From positions 138,583-202,582 of IMG/VR virus record IMGVR_UViG_3300033121_000493: a DNA stretch of 64,000 nt. One strand, given 5' to 3'. Made by a program: the position numbers and the translations under genes. This stretch comes from a virus. Taxonomy: Duplodnaviria > Caudoviricetes. The stretch's first letter is position 1. Each line of letters starts with the position of its first letter. Under the pieces are notes generated by a model. That model saw nothing but the letters and a program-made list of their open reading frames with translations. It did not search any database and was not told the origin of the DNA. Below are positions 1-10,173 of this stretch, piece by piece.

Positions 1-257
1 CCTATTAGCAACTTAATTATGTTATACAAGTACTCTACGGGTGCGTCTCGAATATCTATAAACTTACCGTCTGCAGTTCGCCATTTGTATGCGTTGATAA
101 CTACAGCACGACCACTATGGCCGATACTGTTAAACATTTGATGGCGGTGTAGCCAAGTTTTGGGCGTACCACACGTAGGACAAATCCGGCCTGGTCCACC
201 TTCGTACACACCGGCTTTTTTGCACAAAGGGCACGGACGTACACTATCTGACTTCAT
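1..257 (-). CDS. Zinc-ribbon hypothetical protein (runs off window edge; not in ORF track)
   Basis: Manual translation from ATG at 257: MKSDSVRPCPLCKK...ICPTCG...WRTADGKFIDIRD..., two CxxC motifs; start overlaps the stop of the upstream ORF. Confidence 0.6.
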   Translation of the reverse strand, partial: MKSDSVRPCPLCKKAGVYEGGPGRICPTCGTPKTWLHRHQMFNSIGHSGRAVVINAYKWRTADGKFIDIRDAPVEYLYNIIKLLI

Positions 258-1137
258 ACGTATAAGCATTTTCGTCTGCACGCGGTAACCCGCCTTTTCC
301 TGTTTCGCCTGGCAGTTCAAACCCAGATGTGACTATGCACGAGTTCGAAAACTTCTTATGTGCAGTATAAGATTGAGTAATATCATGTGTTGGATACGGC
401 TCAAGCCTGGACTCATCCGAATGTGTTAAAAATGATAACCTCGAAGAATCGTAGTACTTAACAACTTCTCCGCAATCATCAGCTGCTAACCGTAATCTAG
501 TAGTATAGTCTTCAAACTCATAGCCCCATCCAACAGGAGTTTCCATCATCAATTCGTTAAACCCGTTTACGCGGGTATGCAACCATCGCTTTACGACTAC
601 TAGCTTACCGGCTTCAGCGTTATGCGGTACGTTGTGTAAAAACACGTCATTAATATAAGCAGCCCACGAGAAGTTGTGGAGGTTTAAATCAGACAAAAAG
701 TTATCGGCTGGCAAAATATCAGCTGTTGTAAAAACAATGATCTCGCTGGTGGTGGCGCGAGCTCCGATATTAAACGCATTAGCTATATTCCAATTAGGTG
801 TATTAATGAATACGTTACGCGTTGTTTTGTCATTAAAAATGATAGAATCAGTCGAATAACTGGCCACAACGATCTCTAACTTGCCGTCGTATGTGCAACG
901 TTGCCAGGCTGTAAGTGCTTCTCTGAGGTGATCAGATCTAGAATAGAACGGAATAACAACTGAAATGCTAGGTTTATTTTTAGGAGAACTGCTAATATCT
1001 AGGGGTACTTTACGTACCGACGCCGAAATCTGGCTCGTCGTCCTCATCATCGGGGGTCTTAAAGGGCTCATCAGTTTCTTGCTTCCCAGCTTCGGCCTCA
1101 GCCTCGGCAGCGTTAACTTGACGCGCAAACTCTTCAA
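244..1137 (-). CDS. Glycosyltransferase, GT-A fold (GT2 N-terminus, GT7-like C-terminus); true start probably downstream
   Basis: SVVIPFY start motif; GFNE...GWGYEFED motif typical of galactosyltransferase-like C-terminal domains. Confidence 0.8.
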   Translation of the reverse strand: MKSLRVKLTLPRLRPKLGSKKLMSPLRPPMMRTTSQISASVRKVPLDISSSPKNKPSISVVIPFYSRSDHLREALTAWQRCTYDGKLEIVVASYSTDSIIFNDKTTRNVFINTPNWNIANAFNIGARATTSEIIVFTTADILPADNFLSDLNLHNFSWAAYINDVFLHNVPHNAEAGKLVVVKRWLHTRVNGFNELMMETPVGWGYEFEDYTTRLRLAADDCGEVVKYYDSSRLSFLTHSDESRLEPYPTHDITQSYTAHKKFSNSCIVTSGFELPGETGKGGLPRADENAYTYEVR

Positions 1138-1288
1138 AAAAGAGATTCACCAAAGTAGTGCTTTGGCTTAAACTAAACGCCGGTAAAGACGCAGCCTCAT
1201 CGTCTGTGATAAACCCTTCGTCGGCTTCATCAAGTGGAAACTCGTGTTCCATTTTCCTGTTCCTTGTTGTGTTTCTTGATTTTGTCAC
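1010..1288 (-). CDS. Small acidic hypothetical protein
   Basis: D/E-rich ORF between GT and SIS genes; probable start at MEHEF. Confidence 0.5.
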   Translation of the reverse strand: MTKSRNTTRNRKMEHEFPLDEADEGFITDDEAASLPAFSLSQSTTLVNLFFEEFARQVNAAEAEAEAGKQETDEPFKTPDDEDDEPDFGVGT

Positions 1289-1871
1289 GGATACGATTGC
1301 ATATTAGTTGCGTTAACAAACAGTGAACAGACTCAACACAATACGAGGATACTGGATCAGTATCACCTATGGCTTGAACGCGCATAGCTGTATGTGCAAA
1401 CTTAGCTATTGGTGTACCAGGATATGACGTTGATACTATAACAGATATACCGGAGGCATGAGCTACACTAGCGGCCTCTATGATATCGTCAGAAGAAGGA
1501 TCATAGGCAAAAGCCCAAAAACAATCACCGACTGACGCTTGTCTAGATATATCCATTGCTGGTATTCCATGTTTCTTAATTCGCCTGTTGGCTGGATTAA
1601 AAAAGTCTGTACCTACCAGTGAAGCACGCAGCCAGCTCTGCTTAATTTTATTGTTAGGCTCGTATTTAGTTAATAGCCTAGCTGCTTCTGCTGCCATCAA
1701 ATATCCTGAATCCGATCCGTATAGCCATAATGTTCTATTAGCTGTGTAAGTTTTAAACAATAGTGCACATGTGGTGTCAACTGCTTTAATTAGCATATCG
1801 TCGTTTAATTGCTGAAAAACAGTTTCACACGTTACACGTGCCGCTCTGAGATCAATAAGATTAGCTGCCAC
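1230..1871 (-). CDS. SIS-domain protein, phosphoheptose isomerase (GmhA/DiaA)-like, divergent
   Basis: LWLYGSDSG (cf. GNGGS), GDCFWAF...SSDDIIEAASVAHASGISVIVST, VESVHCLLTQLIC (cf. IQExHxxxxHxxC). Confidence 0.7.
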   Translation of the reverse strand: MAANLIDLRAARVTCETVFQQLNDDMLIKAVDTTCALLFKTYTANRTLWLYGSDSGYLMAAEAARLLTKYEPNNKIKQSWLRASLVGTDFFNPANRRIKKHGIPAMDISRQASVGDCFWAFAYDPSSDDIIEAASVAHASGISVIVSTSYPGTPIAKFAHTAMRVQAIGDTDPVSSYCVESVHCLLTQLICNRIRDKIKKHNKEQENGTRVST

Positions 1872-1878
1872 AAAAGCC

Positions 1879-2340
1879 TCAAATATGAAAGGTACGTTTA
1901 TTTACAACTACATTAGCTTTATCACCCAGCACAGCGAGCGCTACAATAGTTGGCAACCATGAAATATCGCCAAATGCGTGCTGTAGATAGTCTTTTGCTT
2001 GTTTGATAGTACAAGCGTTAGCCATTAAGTCAAATTGTATTTTCGATAAGCTAAATCTTGTTACCGATATAAATGTCAGTATTCTGGTTAGACTAATCTC
2101 ACAATGCTCATTGAGGACTTCTGCGCCATAAATGTTATCGTCATTTTTAGCAGATGACTCTGTCGCATCGTTCACCAAGAGCATCGCTTTGTCTTGCAGC
2201 AATTTATTCAGTTGCTGTAACAGTAGCACAAAATCTAAAACGGGACCGTCTTCTGGGTAGTCTACAATAGTATTATAAGCGCCAAACGCGGGCTGTAGCG
2301 CAACAGTGGCAATAGAGGCGCTTACTACTGGTCTATCCAT
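1879..2340 (-). CDS. Hypothetical protein
   Basis: 153-aa ORF packed within the operon. Confidence 0.55.
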   Translation of the reverse strand: MDRPVVSASIATVALQPAFGAYNTIVDYPEDGPVLDFVLLLQQLNKLLQDKAMLLVNDATESSAKNDDNIYGAEVLNEHCEISLTRILTFISVTRFSLSKIQFDLMANACTIKQAKDYLQHAFGDISWLPTIVALAVLGDKANVVVNKRTFHI

Positions 2341-3073
2341 TACTCACCGGCAAAAGTTTCACAAAAGATTGCTCCTGCAACAATCTGTTCAAAATAACAG
2401 TACGCACGTCCTCCACAGATTCTAACGGACTGTACGGTACACCAATCACAGTTTTACCGCACATCTTGTACTGAGAGCCAGTAGCTAAATAGGCTACTGC
2501 GTTGTAGTCTTTTGCTCTAGCCTGGTATTCTTCAAACCCGTTAGCTTCGTATTTATCTTTTACGTTATCTTTACCAGCTGCTGCCAACGCGCGCGAATAA
2601 GCTACTTTATGATCCAGCATTAAAATCATAGTTATGTCAGGAGGCTCTAAGCGCACAGCTGTCATCATTGAATACAACTGTCCAGCTAAATTATACTGCC
2701 CTGATGTTAACGTAGCGTCAGGCCAATTATTAAGCTTCGCTAGCGCCTGCCAGCCGTACACATAAAAGCCAACAGCAAACCTGTCTAACACAATTATGGC
2801 ACCAGGATTATCAGTTTGTATTTTCTTAATCGCAGAAGCGCACTCTAGCTTAGCGGCAAGAAATAGCATCAATCTAGTAGCGGGATTTTCAAATTCAGAA
2901 TAGCGGCCTAAACGTCTAAGTTCTTGCGCCGCCGTATGATTATCGTCAACGCCGGGATCGCGAAAGCTATAAACGCTATTAGGGTTACCAGTCTTTTCTT
3001 TAAGCCAGTCTACCAGAAGTTTAGCTTGCGTACTTTTGCCGGTTCCGTGTGGTCCTTCTAAGCAGATTACCAT
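2333..3073 (-). CDS. tmk: Thymidylate (dTMP) kinase
   Basis: P-loop EGPHGTGKSTQ, FRDPG, LFLAAK, VLDRF, DKYE motifs. Confidence 0.9.
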   Translation of the reverse strand: MVICLEGPHGTGKSTQAKLLVDWLKEKTGNPNSVYSFRDPGVDDNHTAAQELRRLGRYSEFENPATRLMLFLAAKLECASAIKKIQTDNPGAIIVLDRFAVGFYVYGWQALAKLNNWPDATLTSGQYNLAGQLYSMMTAVRLEPPDITMILMLDHKVAYSRALAAAGKDNVKDKYEANGFEEYQARAKDYNAVAYLATGSQYKMCGKTVIGVPYSPLESVEDVRTVILNRLLQEQSFVKLLPVSNG

Positions 3074-3579
3074 ACATCTTGCTCCATTAAATAGAACGGA
3101 CTAAGCATATCAGACGAAGGAATCAAACTAGCTATCTTACTAACAATATTAGCATGCCTGGCCTGTAACGATTGTGCGCTGGTGGCCGTATTAAAAAGTT
3201 GCGGATTTGTAAGCATATTATAGACGTATATTAAGTCATGCACAGTTAGTTTAAGCACCCTAGTTTTAGCGAGCTCGTCTACGGTGACTGGTTTAAGTCG
3301 TTCAGACAAAAAGGCGGCTTCTTTCTTTTTACGCAACAACTCGTCAGGACGTATTCTGTAGTATGAGGACGATTTTGGAAGTCCCAGGCTATTGAGTATT
3401 GTTGCCATCTCTGAGTAAGTAGCGCACTCTACATCAAAACTACCGTAGGCTACGCCCCTGAGCTCTCTTGCCCGCTTATCACCATTAATTCCACATTTAG
3501 CTTTTAGCTCGTCTACACTATGCCAGTTACCGTCTTTCAAAATATTAAACGCGTCGAACGGTGAGGCTGTTTTACGCAT
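3067..3579 (-). CDS. Putative winged-helix DNA-binding protein
   Basis: N-terminal LKDGNWHSVDEL...KRARELR pattern. Confidence 0.45.
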   Translation of the reverse strand: MRKTASPFDAFNILKDGNWHSVDELKAKCGINGDKRARELRGVAYGSFDVECATYSEMATILNSLGLPKSSSYYRIRPDELLRKKKEAAFLSERLKPVTVDELAKTRVLKLTVHDLIYVYNMLTNPQLFNTATSAQSLQARHANIVSKIASLIPSSDMLSPFYLMEQDVW

Positions 3580-4435
3580 GGCTTAGCTCAGCTACAAACT
3601 TAGTCATGGCAGCGTGAAGAATATCACGTTTGACGTACCACATAGGTGTCAAAAATTGACATGGGGTATTATGAGGATTCCAGTGTTTGGTGTACCTATC
3701 ACGGATATTGTCACTTCCGCCACCCCATACTATATGTGGCGTTTTAGTATACGCCGCTAGATGCATAGGTCCAGATGACGACCCTATAACAAAACTAGCA
3801 CAGTTATAAATGGCGATAAGATCATCTAGAGTAGTAGAGTTAGTGAGATTAATACCACACTCGTTATGAAATTTATCGTTTACATTACCTACAAAAATCA
3901 GCTTTTTACCATTATGATCACACCACTCAGACACAGCGTCAATCGACAACTGAGAAGTATTCTTTTGCGGGCTTCTATGTAGCATACGCAAGTGCATAAC
4001 GACAGCGTCGCCTGCTATCTCGCTCCATTTGTCGCGATGCGCGGTGTCCGGCTTTAGCGTAATCGCCGCTTTTTCATTATTACGAAAACCAAACATACGA
4101 TACGCGGCACGCGGCAATTTAATAGTAGTAACTGTATGCCCTAACAGTTGTAAGCGTAATACTGCTTTGTCAGCGGCAGCATACAGTTCTCGAAAGTAAT
4201 CGTGAGCTTCTGGTTTATGTGTGAGAAAAGCGTTACACTCGGTAAACGCTTCAAACTTAGTAACACTAGTTATTTCAGGATTAAATATCCGGTATAAACC
4301 TTCTCTAGATACGCGTGTACCTGCGTGTACTGCGTCAAATTCATGTGAAATAAACTCATGGTATACGCGCGGAAGCCAATTACCTAGCTCCCAGCCGAGT
4401 TCACCACAATATGGGTATGCATATAGAATTTTCAT
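3572..4435 (-). CDS. Glycosyltransferase family 9 (heptosyltransferase-like)
   Basis: NLTNSTTLDDLIAI...FVIGSSSGPMHLAAYTKTPHIVWGG matches the GT9 DSGPMHLAAA signature. Confidence 0.85.
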   Translation of the reverse strand: MKILYAYPYCGELGWELGNWLPRVYHEFISHEFDAVHAGTRVSREGLYRIFNPEITSVTKFEAFTECNAFLTHKPEAHDYFRELYAAADKAVLRLQLLGHTVTTIKLPRAAYRMFGFRNNEKAAITLKPDTAHRDKWSEIAGDAVVMHLRMLHRSPQKNTSQLSIDAVSEWCDHNGKKLIFVGNVNDKFHNECGINLTNSTTLDDLIAIYNCASFVIGSSSGPMHLAAYTKTPHIVWGGGSDNIRDRYTKHWNPHNTPCQFLTPMWYVKRDILHAAMTKFVAELSHA

Positions 4436-5262
4436 TGGCTTTTCAGTCCAAACTGCTCGGTAATATCCGAGCCAATAGTCTCACGAGTTCCACCGACCGA
4501 TGTCACTTTTGATATGTTAGACCCGTTGTTGACTACGTATATAACAGCGCGAAATGGTAGCGGAAAAGTAACTTTACCTGCTTGCCTAATCCGCTCAAAC
4601 ACACTCGCGTGCCCCGCAAACAACCAGTGCGTTTTACGATCAAACGCATTTACGTTTCCATGCGTATTAAACAACTCACGGTCTTGTACTGTTATTCTAT
4701 TGATATTACAAGAGCCACATGTCTTATGAAACGCGTCAAGTAGTCTTAGCTCATTAGTACCTAAAACGTGGCTATAGCCTTTAGTTACGGTATAACCGCC
4801 ACAATCAGGCTGGTTACTAGTCATAACGTAACTAGCTAAATTGCGGTTTACCATGTCGTCAGCGTCTACTAACATAACGTATTCACATTCCGGATCTTTG
4901 AGTGCTTCTGTTAGGCACACTTTAATCTTTGAATACTTATCGTTAACTTTGCGACGTGTTATATCTGGCAAAGCAGGAAGTATTTTACCTGACAACTCGT
5001 TGTACTCATCCAGTTCTATCGTTTTAGGTGTTGAAAACGTTACGCGATGATGTTTCAATCTGCTGTTCGCTAACAACTCAGTATCGGCTATTGGAAGATC
5101 GTCATGAGAAGCCACGTTGACCTGAACACCGTCGTACGACTGGCGCAGCAAAGACTGTAGACATAACGTAAACGTAGTCTCTACCGAGTTTAATTTACCG
5201 CTCCAATTATCTTGTACCATGACACGAGGCATGAGAGGAACCAGAAAGTGGAATTTAGCCAT
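4432..5262 (-). CDS. Glycosyltransferase, GT-A fold
   Basis: CLQSLLRQS, DKYSK, YVMLVDADD (DxD). Confidence 0.75.
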   Translation of the reverse strand: MAKFHFLVPLMPRVMVQDNWSGKLNSVETTFTLCLQSLLRQSYDGVQVNVASHDDLPIADTELLANSRLKHHRVTFSTPKTIELDEYNELSGKILPALPDITRRKVNDKYSKIKVCLTEALKDPECEYVMLVDADDMVNRNLASYVMTSNQPDCGGYTVTKGYSHVLGTNELRLLDAFHKTCGSCNINRITVQDRELFNTHGNVNAFDRKTHWLFAGHASVFERIRQAGKVTFPLPFRAVIYVVNNGSNISKVTSVGGTRETIGSDITEQFGLKSQ

Positions 5263-6226
5263 TAGGCACCTGTCTAAGGCAGTTCAAGATGTTATCTACT
5301 GCTCGATCTATAGATAGATGATTGGTGTAATGATTTCTCGGACTAAGTTTATTGTAATTACGCAGCGCCCAATCTAAGTCGTCGCTAAATGTGGTTTCAT
5401 CAAAAACTCTACCGACATTCTTAGGGCAGTATAAGTCAAAGTTTAGCCTGGTAGAATTACTTACCAGAATAGGACAACCACACGCTAACGCTTCCGGCAC
5501 GACACGCGGGCATGAATCTTGTCCGCGCGTATGTATTACAGCAACTTTAGCTTGCGCGTACAACAGTGGTAATTCTTTGCGCGGTACCCAGCCCGTAAAC
5601 GTACCAGTAGGACAAGTCTTTGCCCATTTACTGCGACTAATGCCTACGTGAATAAACGGCACGCCTTTCAGGGCGTCTAGCACAAACGTATGACCTTTAT
5701 AGGCGTGCTTACTGTAATTAGCCACAAAGATAACGTCATACCGTTTTTCAGCTGGCATCGGCATAAACACATTATCAGCAGCTGGCTTAACAAACAACGA
5801 CGCGCAGTAGCCATTATTCTGCGCGGCCATTAGCTGTTTAAGAGTATCTACGAAAACCAGATCCCAAGGACCACCGGCTGGCGGTACAGCGCGGGCACCG
5901 GCACCATAGTAAATCTTTACTGCAGACTTGTGTCTGGCAGCTTCAACAGTCATAAAGTCGAAACCGCCGCGCGCAAACACTACGTCTGGTGTGAATAAAC
6001 ACTTAGTTTTAGCGTATCTATCCACCCAGCGCTCTTTGAACGCGTCCGAATAGTCTACAACTCGGTTGCCTTTTTCGTACCACAGCTCGCCATACCCGTT
6101 TGTTTTAGTAACAAGTCTATTAGCGAGCTGTAACCACATATCGTCATTTTCAGACAATGTATTAAACGTTATCTGACTCGCTGGGCGGTCAGACGGCACT
6201 TGTCCTCGTAGAAATAGGAGACGCAT
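5255..6226 (-). CDS. Glycosyltransferase, GT-B fold (GT4-like)
   Basis: KGH, GWVPRKELPLLYAQAKV, DSCPRVVPEALACGCPILVS; start moved to MRLLFLRG. Confidence 0.85.
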   Translation of the reverse strand: MRLLFLRGQVPSDRPASQITFNTLSENDDMWLQLANRLVTKTNGYGELWYEKGNRVVDYSDAFKERWVDRYAKTKCLFTPDVVFARGGFDFMTVEAARHKSAVKIYYGAGARAVPPAGGPWDLVFVDTLKQLMAAQNNGYCASLFVKPAADNVFMPMPAEKRYDVIFVANYSKHAYKGHTFVLDALKGVPFIHVGISRSKWAKTCPTGTFTGWVPRKELPLLYAQAKVAVIHTRGQDSCPRVVPEALACGCPILVSNSTRLNFDLYCPKNVGRVFDETTFSDDLDWALRNYNKLSPRNHYTNHLSIDRAVDNILNCLRQVPNG

Positions 6227-6233
6227 TCTTATA

Positions 6234-6935
6234 CTATCCTGCAGGTTTACCGTCAGAGTAAACCCAATGAGTAAACTTGTCCTTAGAAAATCCAATATCT
6301 CTAGGCTTTAATAAACCACGTTCGGCGCGCCAATCTGCGCCATTGTCCTTAACTATGCCTTTTTTGTTAGGATAAATAACGGCCAATAAGTGTGTACCGT
6401 ATGTGTTTATCAGATGTCGGCAAAGTTGCTTCTCGGGATCACCGTCGCCGTGAAACGATTTTACCATAGCGTATATTAAATCGCTGCGTAAAACGCTAGG
6501 AGTCATACACACAGCAGGCTGATTAGCGGAATTTACTTTAGGCAATCTGCATTGCCACACAGGTCCGCTTTTATGCTTTGCTGCTTCGAGCGCAGTAATC
6601 ATGTCGTCTAAGTTCACCTTACGTAACATCAGCCAGTCGTCTTCTAGATGAAACGTATATTTGTAATCCGCTACCTGCGACCACAACCACTTTACCGCTA
6701 ATGGGAATGATGGTGAATTAGTCAGGTTAGCTTTAACTTTACCAAAGAACTGCTCAGCCACGGCTACAACATCTTCATAGGTGTAATTTGTAGATACGGC
6801 AACGTTATCTATATTGAGAAACAAAGTAAACTGCTTAAAGTCTACGCCTAGATTTTCCTGAAACGAGCTATACGTCTCGCGCAGGATATCCGGTCGTATT
6901 ACGGTAGGAGTAGTAAAACACAGCGTAGTATTCAC
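6234..6935 (-). CDS. Glycosyltransferase, GT-A fold (paralog 1)
   Basis: FHLEDDW motif; paralogous to the adjacent ORF. Confidence 0.75.
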   Translation of the reverse strand: MNTTLCFTTPTVIRPDILRETYSSFQENLGVDFKQFTLFLNIDNVAVSTNYTYEDVVAVAEQFFGKVKANLTNSPSFPLAVKWLWSQVADYKYTFHLEDDWLMLRKVNLDDMITALEAAKHKSGPVWQCRLPKVNSANQPAVCMTPSVLRSDLIYAMVKSFHGDGDPEKQLCRHLINTYGTHLLAVIYPNKKGIVKDNGADWRAERGLLKPRDIGFSKDKFTHWVYSDGKPAG

Positions 6936-7645
6936 GGCTTACTTCCGAATACGACTCCAGAACTGTCACACCATTTAGTAAATGATGTTTTCAGCCCGCC
7001 CAGCTCGTTAGGTTTAAATATCGAACGAGTTTTTCGCCACGCTCTACCTATATCAACAACCATATTGGTTTTTTTAGCGTAGGCAGTAATAGCGCACTTT
7101 CTCGTGCCAAACTGTGCCTCTACTAATTTCTTTACCTGCGACTCAAACGCCACAGCAGTATCTAACTTAGACGACACTAAATTGCACAAGGCGCGAGAGT
7201 ATATACCTGGCGACGTACATATCACCCTGTCGTTCATTGGCTTTTCACGCGGCAATCTAACTTGTAGCAGCGGCGGACTAGTTATAGTGTAATCAGCAAA
7301 GATCTTTAACATCTCGCTTATATTAAATGGCGCTTTAGCTTCCCAATCATCTTCTAGCCAAAATACATACGGCTCGTTACTTCGAGTCATAAGATGTAAA
7401 GCTGAAGAAGGATAACCCAAATTTGTAGTATGGATGCAACTACGCACATTTTTGAAATACTTTTTGGCGCAGTTAATAACGTCATCAGCAGTACAATCTG
7501 GGTTTAGCGGCGCATTATCAATACAGATATTTGCGTCAAATTCGCTAAGACCGGGCGTACAGTGTTTACTAAAACTAGACAGTGTTTTGTCTAGTACACT
7601 AGCCCGCAATACAGCCGGGATACAGAACACTAAATCGTTAGCCAT
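6932..7645 (-). CDS. Glycosyltransferase, GT-A fold (paralog 2)
   Basis: FWLEDDW; shares QxRLP, DxGxxWR and KP...FTxW with 6234-6935. Confidence 0.75.
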   Translation of the reverse strand: MANDLVFCIPAVLRASVLDKTLSSFSKHCTPGLSEFDANICIDNAPLNPDCTADDVINCAKKYFKNVRSCIHTTNLGYPSSALHLMTRSNEPYVFWLEDDWEAKAPFNISEMLKIFADYTITSPPLLQVRLPREKPMNDRVICTSPGIYSRALCNLVSSKLDTAVAFESQVKKLVEAQFGTRKCAITAYAKKTNMVVDIGRAWRKTRSIFKPNELGGLKTSFTKWCDSSGVVFGSKP

Positions 7646-7663
7646 GATAGCCTCAAGTTTCGA

Positions 7664-8602
7664 TTAAGCTGACAGTATAGAATCAATAGATTTTTCTATA
7701 GAAAACTGATTAACGGCATCTGATCGACAAGCAGTGTGGTTAGCTTCACGGCGTAAGGTTTCAGCCAAAGCTACTACATTTTTGCTGTTTGCCCTGACGG
7801 ATATGTTAGGTGAACCGTAGCAATCTGACCACGGCGCAGACTCATGATAAACAACGGGCAACCCGCACATAGCCATCTCAAGATAACTTTGTGGAAATCC
7901 TTCGTCTTCGTACGTGGTGAACACGGCCCCTACTTTACATTGCGCGAACAACGCCGGTAAACAATCAGTAGCCACATACGGAATAGTAAGACAGGAATGT
8001 TGGCTGATTTTTATGTCTATGACCTCTTTGCTACCACCTATCCACAAAAACGATCTAGGTTCAGCCAGGTTGTCCGCTAACTCATTGATAAACCAACCCT
8101 GGTTCTTACCAGCTTTAGGTTTTCCTATGACGCAGTAGTCATACTTACGTTCAGCCGTAAGCAACGGCCACTTGTCCGGATCTTTACCTTTTATCCAAGT
8201 ACGCATAGATTTGTGGTATATACGTTGTTCACAATCTACAAGACTGACGTCACAGTGCGGATTATACAAGTCATGTGCGCCGCACGAGTAGTGGATTTTT
8301 CTATTGCGTATGCGCTTTAACAAATCGGCTTTAGCGTCAGTCCACTTTTTAAGTGACCAAACAACGGCGTTTGGCCACGTGTTACAGTAATCGACAATAG
8401 CGTCCGTATCCGAAGTTGCCAACTCATACGATGCCATATCTCCGTCAATTTCAAACGGAAATATCAGTGCTCCAGCTAGACGAGCGTAGTCACGATAGCC
8501 GAACGTTATGTTCTTGGAGAATATCCGATTGTATTTCGGGCTGATCTCTTTGTGCGGATTGCCACATATGATTATCAATCGCGGATTCGCTGGGAGACTC
8601 AT
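7664..8602 (-). CDS. Glycosyltransferase, GT-B fold (GT4-like)
   Basis: KNQ; EGFPQSYLEMAMCGLPVV (E-x7-E). Confidence 0.85.
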   Translation of the reverse strand: MSLPANPRLIIICGNPHKEISPKYNRIFSKNITFGYRDYARLAGALIFPFEIDGDMASYELATSDTDAIVDYCNTWPNAVVWSLKKWTDAKADLLKRIRNRKIHYSCGAHDLYNPHCDVSLVDCEQRIYHKSMRTWIKGKDPDKWPLLTAERKYDYCVIGKPKAGKNQGWFINELADNLAEPRSFLWIGGSKEVIDIKISQHSCLTIPYVATDCLPALFAQCKVGAVFTTYEDEGFPQSYLEMAMCGLPVVYHESAPWSDCYGSPNISVRANSKNVVALAETLRREANHTACRSDAVNQFSIEKSIDSILSA

Positions 8603-9242
8603 CTGCTACCTCACGCGCGGACTCGGCACAATTGCATGGTTTATCTTTAATACAGAACAAAGTATGTCGTTTCTTAAACTCGGTATCTTGAACTTTACGA
8701 GACGTGTAGCCGGAGCAGTAACTGGTGATATCCGCATAACACGATAGTAGCTCAGGACGCTTGTCATTGATATCGTCAACAACCAGTGTACTACCATGTG
8801 CCAAAACGTGCTTTACAGTAGCTAGCCCGGCAGGAGCAACACGTGACTTCCACCTATCGGGACCATCTACAATAACTAAATCATACACGTCTTCGGCTGA
8901 CGGCGTCCACGCGTACCATCCAGTAGCCGAGTCAACGTCGACAACGACAAAGTCAATAGCCGGTAAATCTTTTGGCCACAGTGCTAAAAGCTTGTCATGC
9001 CACTCCCCAGGCATATTCAACGATTTTACTTTACAGCCAGTAGCTTTGGCGTATACTCCTAACAGCACAGATGACAGCCCAGAACCTAATTCAAGCACAG
9101 TTTTTGGTTTTGTAGCTACAAGAACATCAATCAGCTCGCGTAACGCCTGAACCGACATCACATGCGATCCAAATACTTCGCGAAATGCTTTGACGTTAGT
9201 ATCTAGTGCTGCGTTTAATCGTTTAGCTAAACCACGTATCAT
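8490..9242 (-). CDS. Class I SAM-dependent methyltransferase
   Basis: VLELGSGLSS, YDLVIVDGP, LVVDD. Confidence 0.85.
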   Translation of the reverse strand: MIRGLAKRLNAALDTNVKAFREVFGSHVMSVQALRELIDVLVATKPKTVLELGSGLSSVLLGVYAKATGCKVKSLNMPGEWHDKLLALWPKDLPAIDFVVVDVDSATGWYAWTPSAEDVYDLVIVDGPDRWKSRVAPAGLATVKHVLAHGSTLVVDDINDKRPELLSCYADITSYCSGYTSRKVQDTEFKKRHTLFCIKDKPCNCAESAREVADESPSESAIDNHMWQSAQRDQPEIQSDILQEHNVRLS

Positions 9243-10171
9243 TTATTTTCCTTAATCGCTGTAAGTTTACTAACAAACTGAGTCATTTGACTAGCTCTAG
9301 ACCCAAACTTGTCACTAAGTAACTTAAGCATATTGCTGTTTAACTCTTTACGCAACTTGTCGTCTGATAAAAGACGATTGACGTATTCTACAGCTTTATC
9401 TAAATTTCTGCTAGGATACACCAGCGCCGTCTGCTCGTGTATTGCGTAGTCTTGCATACCGCTACGGGGATGGTCAGTACACACCAAAGCACATCCAGCT
9501 AGCGATGCTTCAATAGGTGGGTTGTGTAACCCCTCTAGCTCGGTCGGTGCAAACCATACCTTAAGCCCGTTATACCATTTATTTAAAGCACTAGGGTTTG
9601 GACTCTTTATATCCTTATTCAAAAACAGCATTTTCTCATCGAGGCGCGACGCTATGTCAAGCGCATCTTTTGAACGCTTAGTTTTGTGTTTATTGTGCAT
9701 TAGTGAGCCGACGCCAGCTCTACCAGTATCTTGGTTTACAAAAAACAAATCTGTATCTAGTCCGGGGTACTGCAAATGCGCCGAAATTCCATTATCGCGC
9801 ATATAAGTCTGTAGCCACACAGAGTTAACAAAAATATTTGGAATAGCTGTAAATGACTTAATCAGATTTGATTCTTGTGTTTTCCATAGCTCCAGCCCAC
9901 GTACGTAGTAACACTGTAGCGCGCTACGGTAAGCTGCCACAGTTTTCCAACTGTTATAGCCTGTCGCTATTGTCACATCGCACTTTGGGTGGTCTTTACC
10001 CGCTACAAGTTGCACAGCATGTTTGTGCCACGTATATCGGCTTTTACCGGAGTGGAAAAACGCGTAATGCCCAAGTGAGTTAAGTGTCTCAGCACACCTT
10101 ATAAGCGTTCTAGACCCGCCGTTATTAGCTAGCCCAACAGCGTACACATTAAAGCAAATGTTCACGCGCAA
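9239..10171 (-). CDS. Glycosyltransferase family 4
   Basis: NNGGSRTL N-terminal loop; EGLHNPPIEASLAGCALV. Confidence 0.85.
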   Translation of the reverse strand: MRVNICFNVYAVGLANNGGSRTLIRCAETLNSLGHYAFFHSGKSRYTWHKHAVQLVAGKDHPKCDVTIATGYNSWKTVAAYRSALQCYYVRGLELWKTQESNLIKSFTAIPNIFVNSVWLQTYMRDNGISAHLQYPGLDTDLFFVNQDTGRAGVGSLMHNKHKTKRSKDALDIASRLDEKMLFLNKDIKSPNPSALNKWYNGLKVWFAPTELEGLHNPPIEASLAGCALVCTDHPRSGMQDYAIHEQTALVYPSRNLDKAVEYVNRLLSDDKLRKELNSNMLKLLSDKFGSRASQMTQFVSKLTAIKENK

Positions 10172-10173
10172 CT

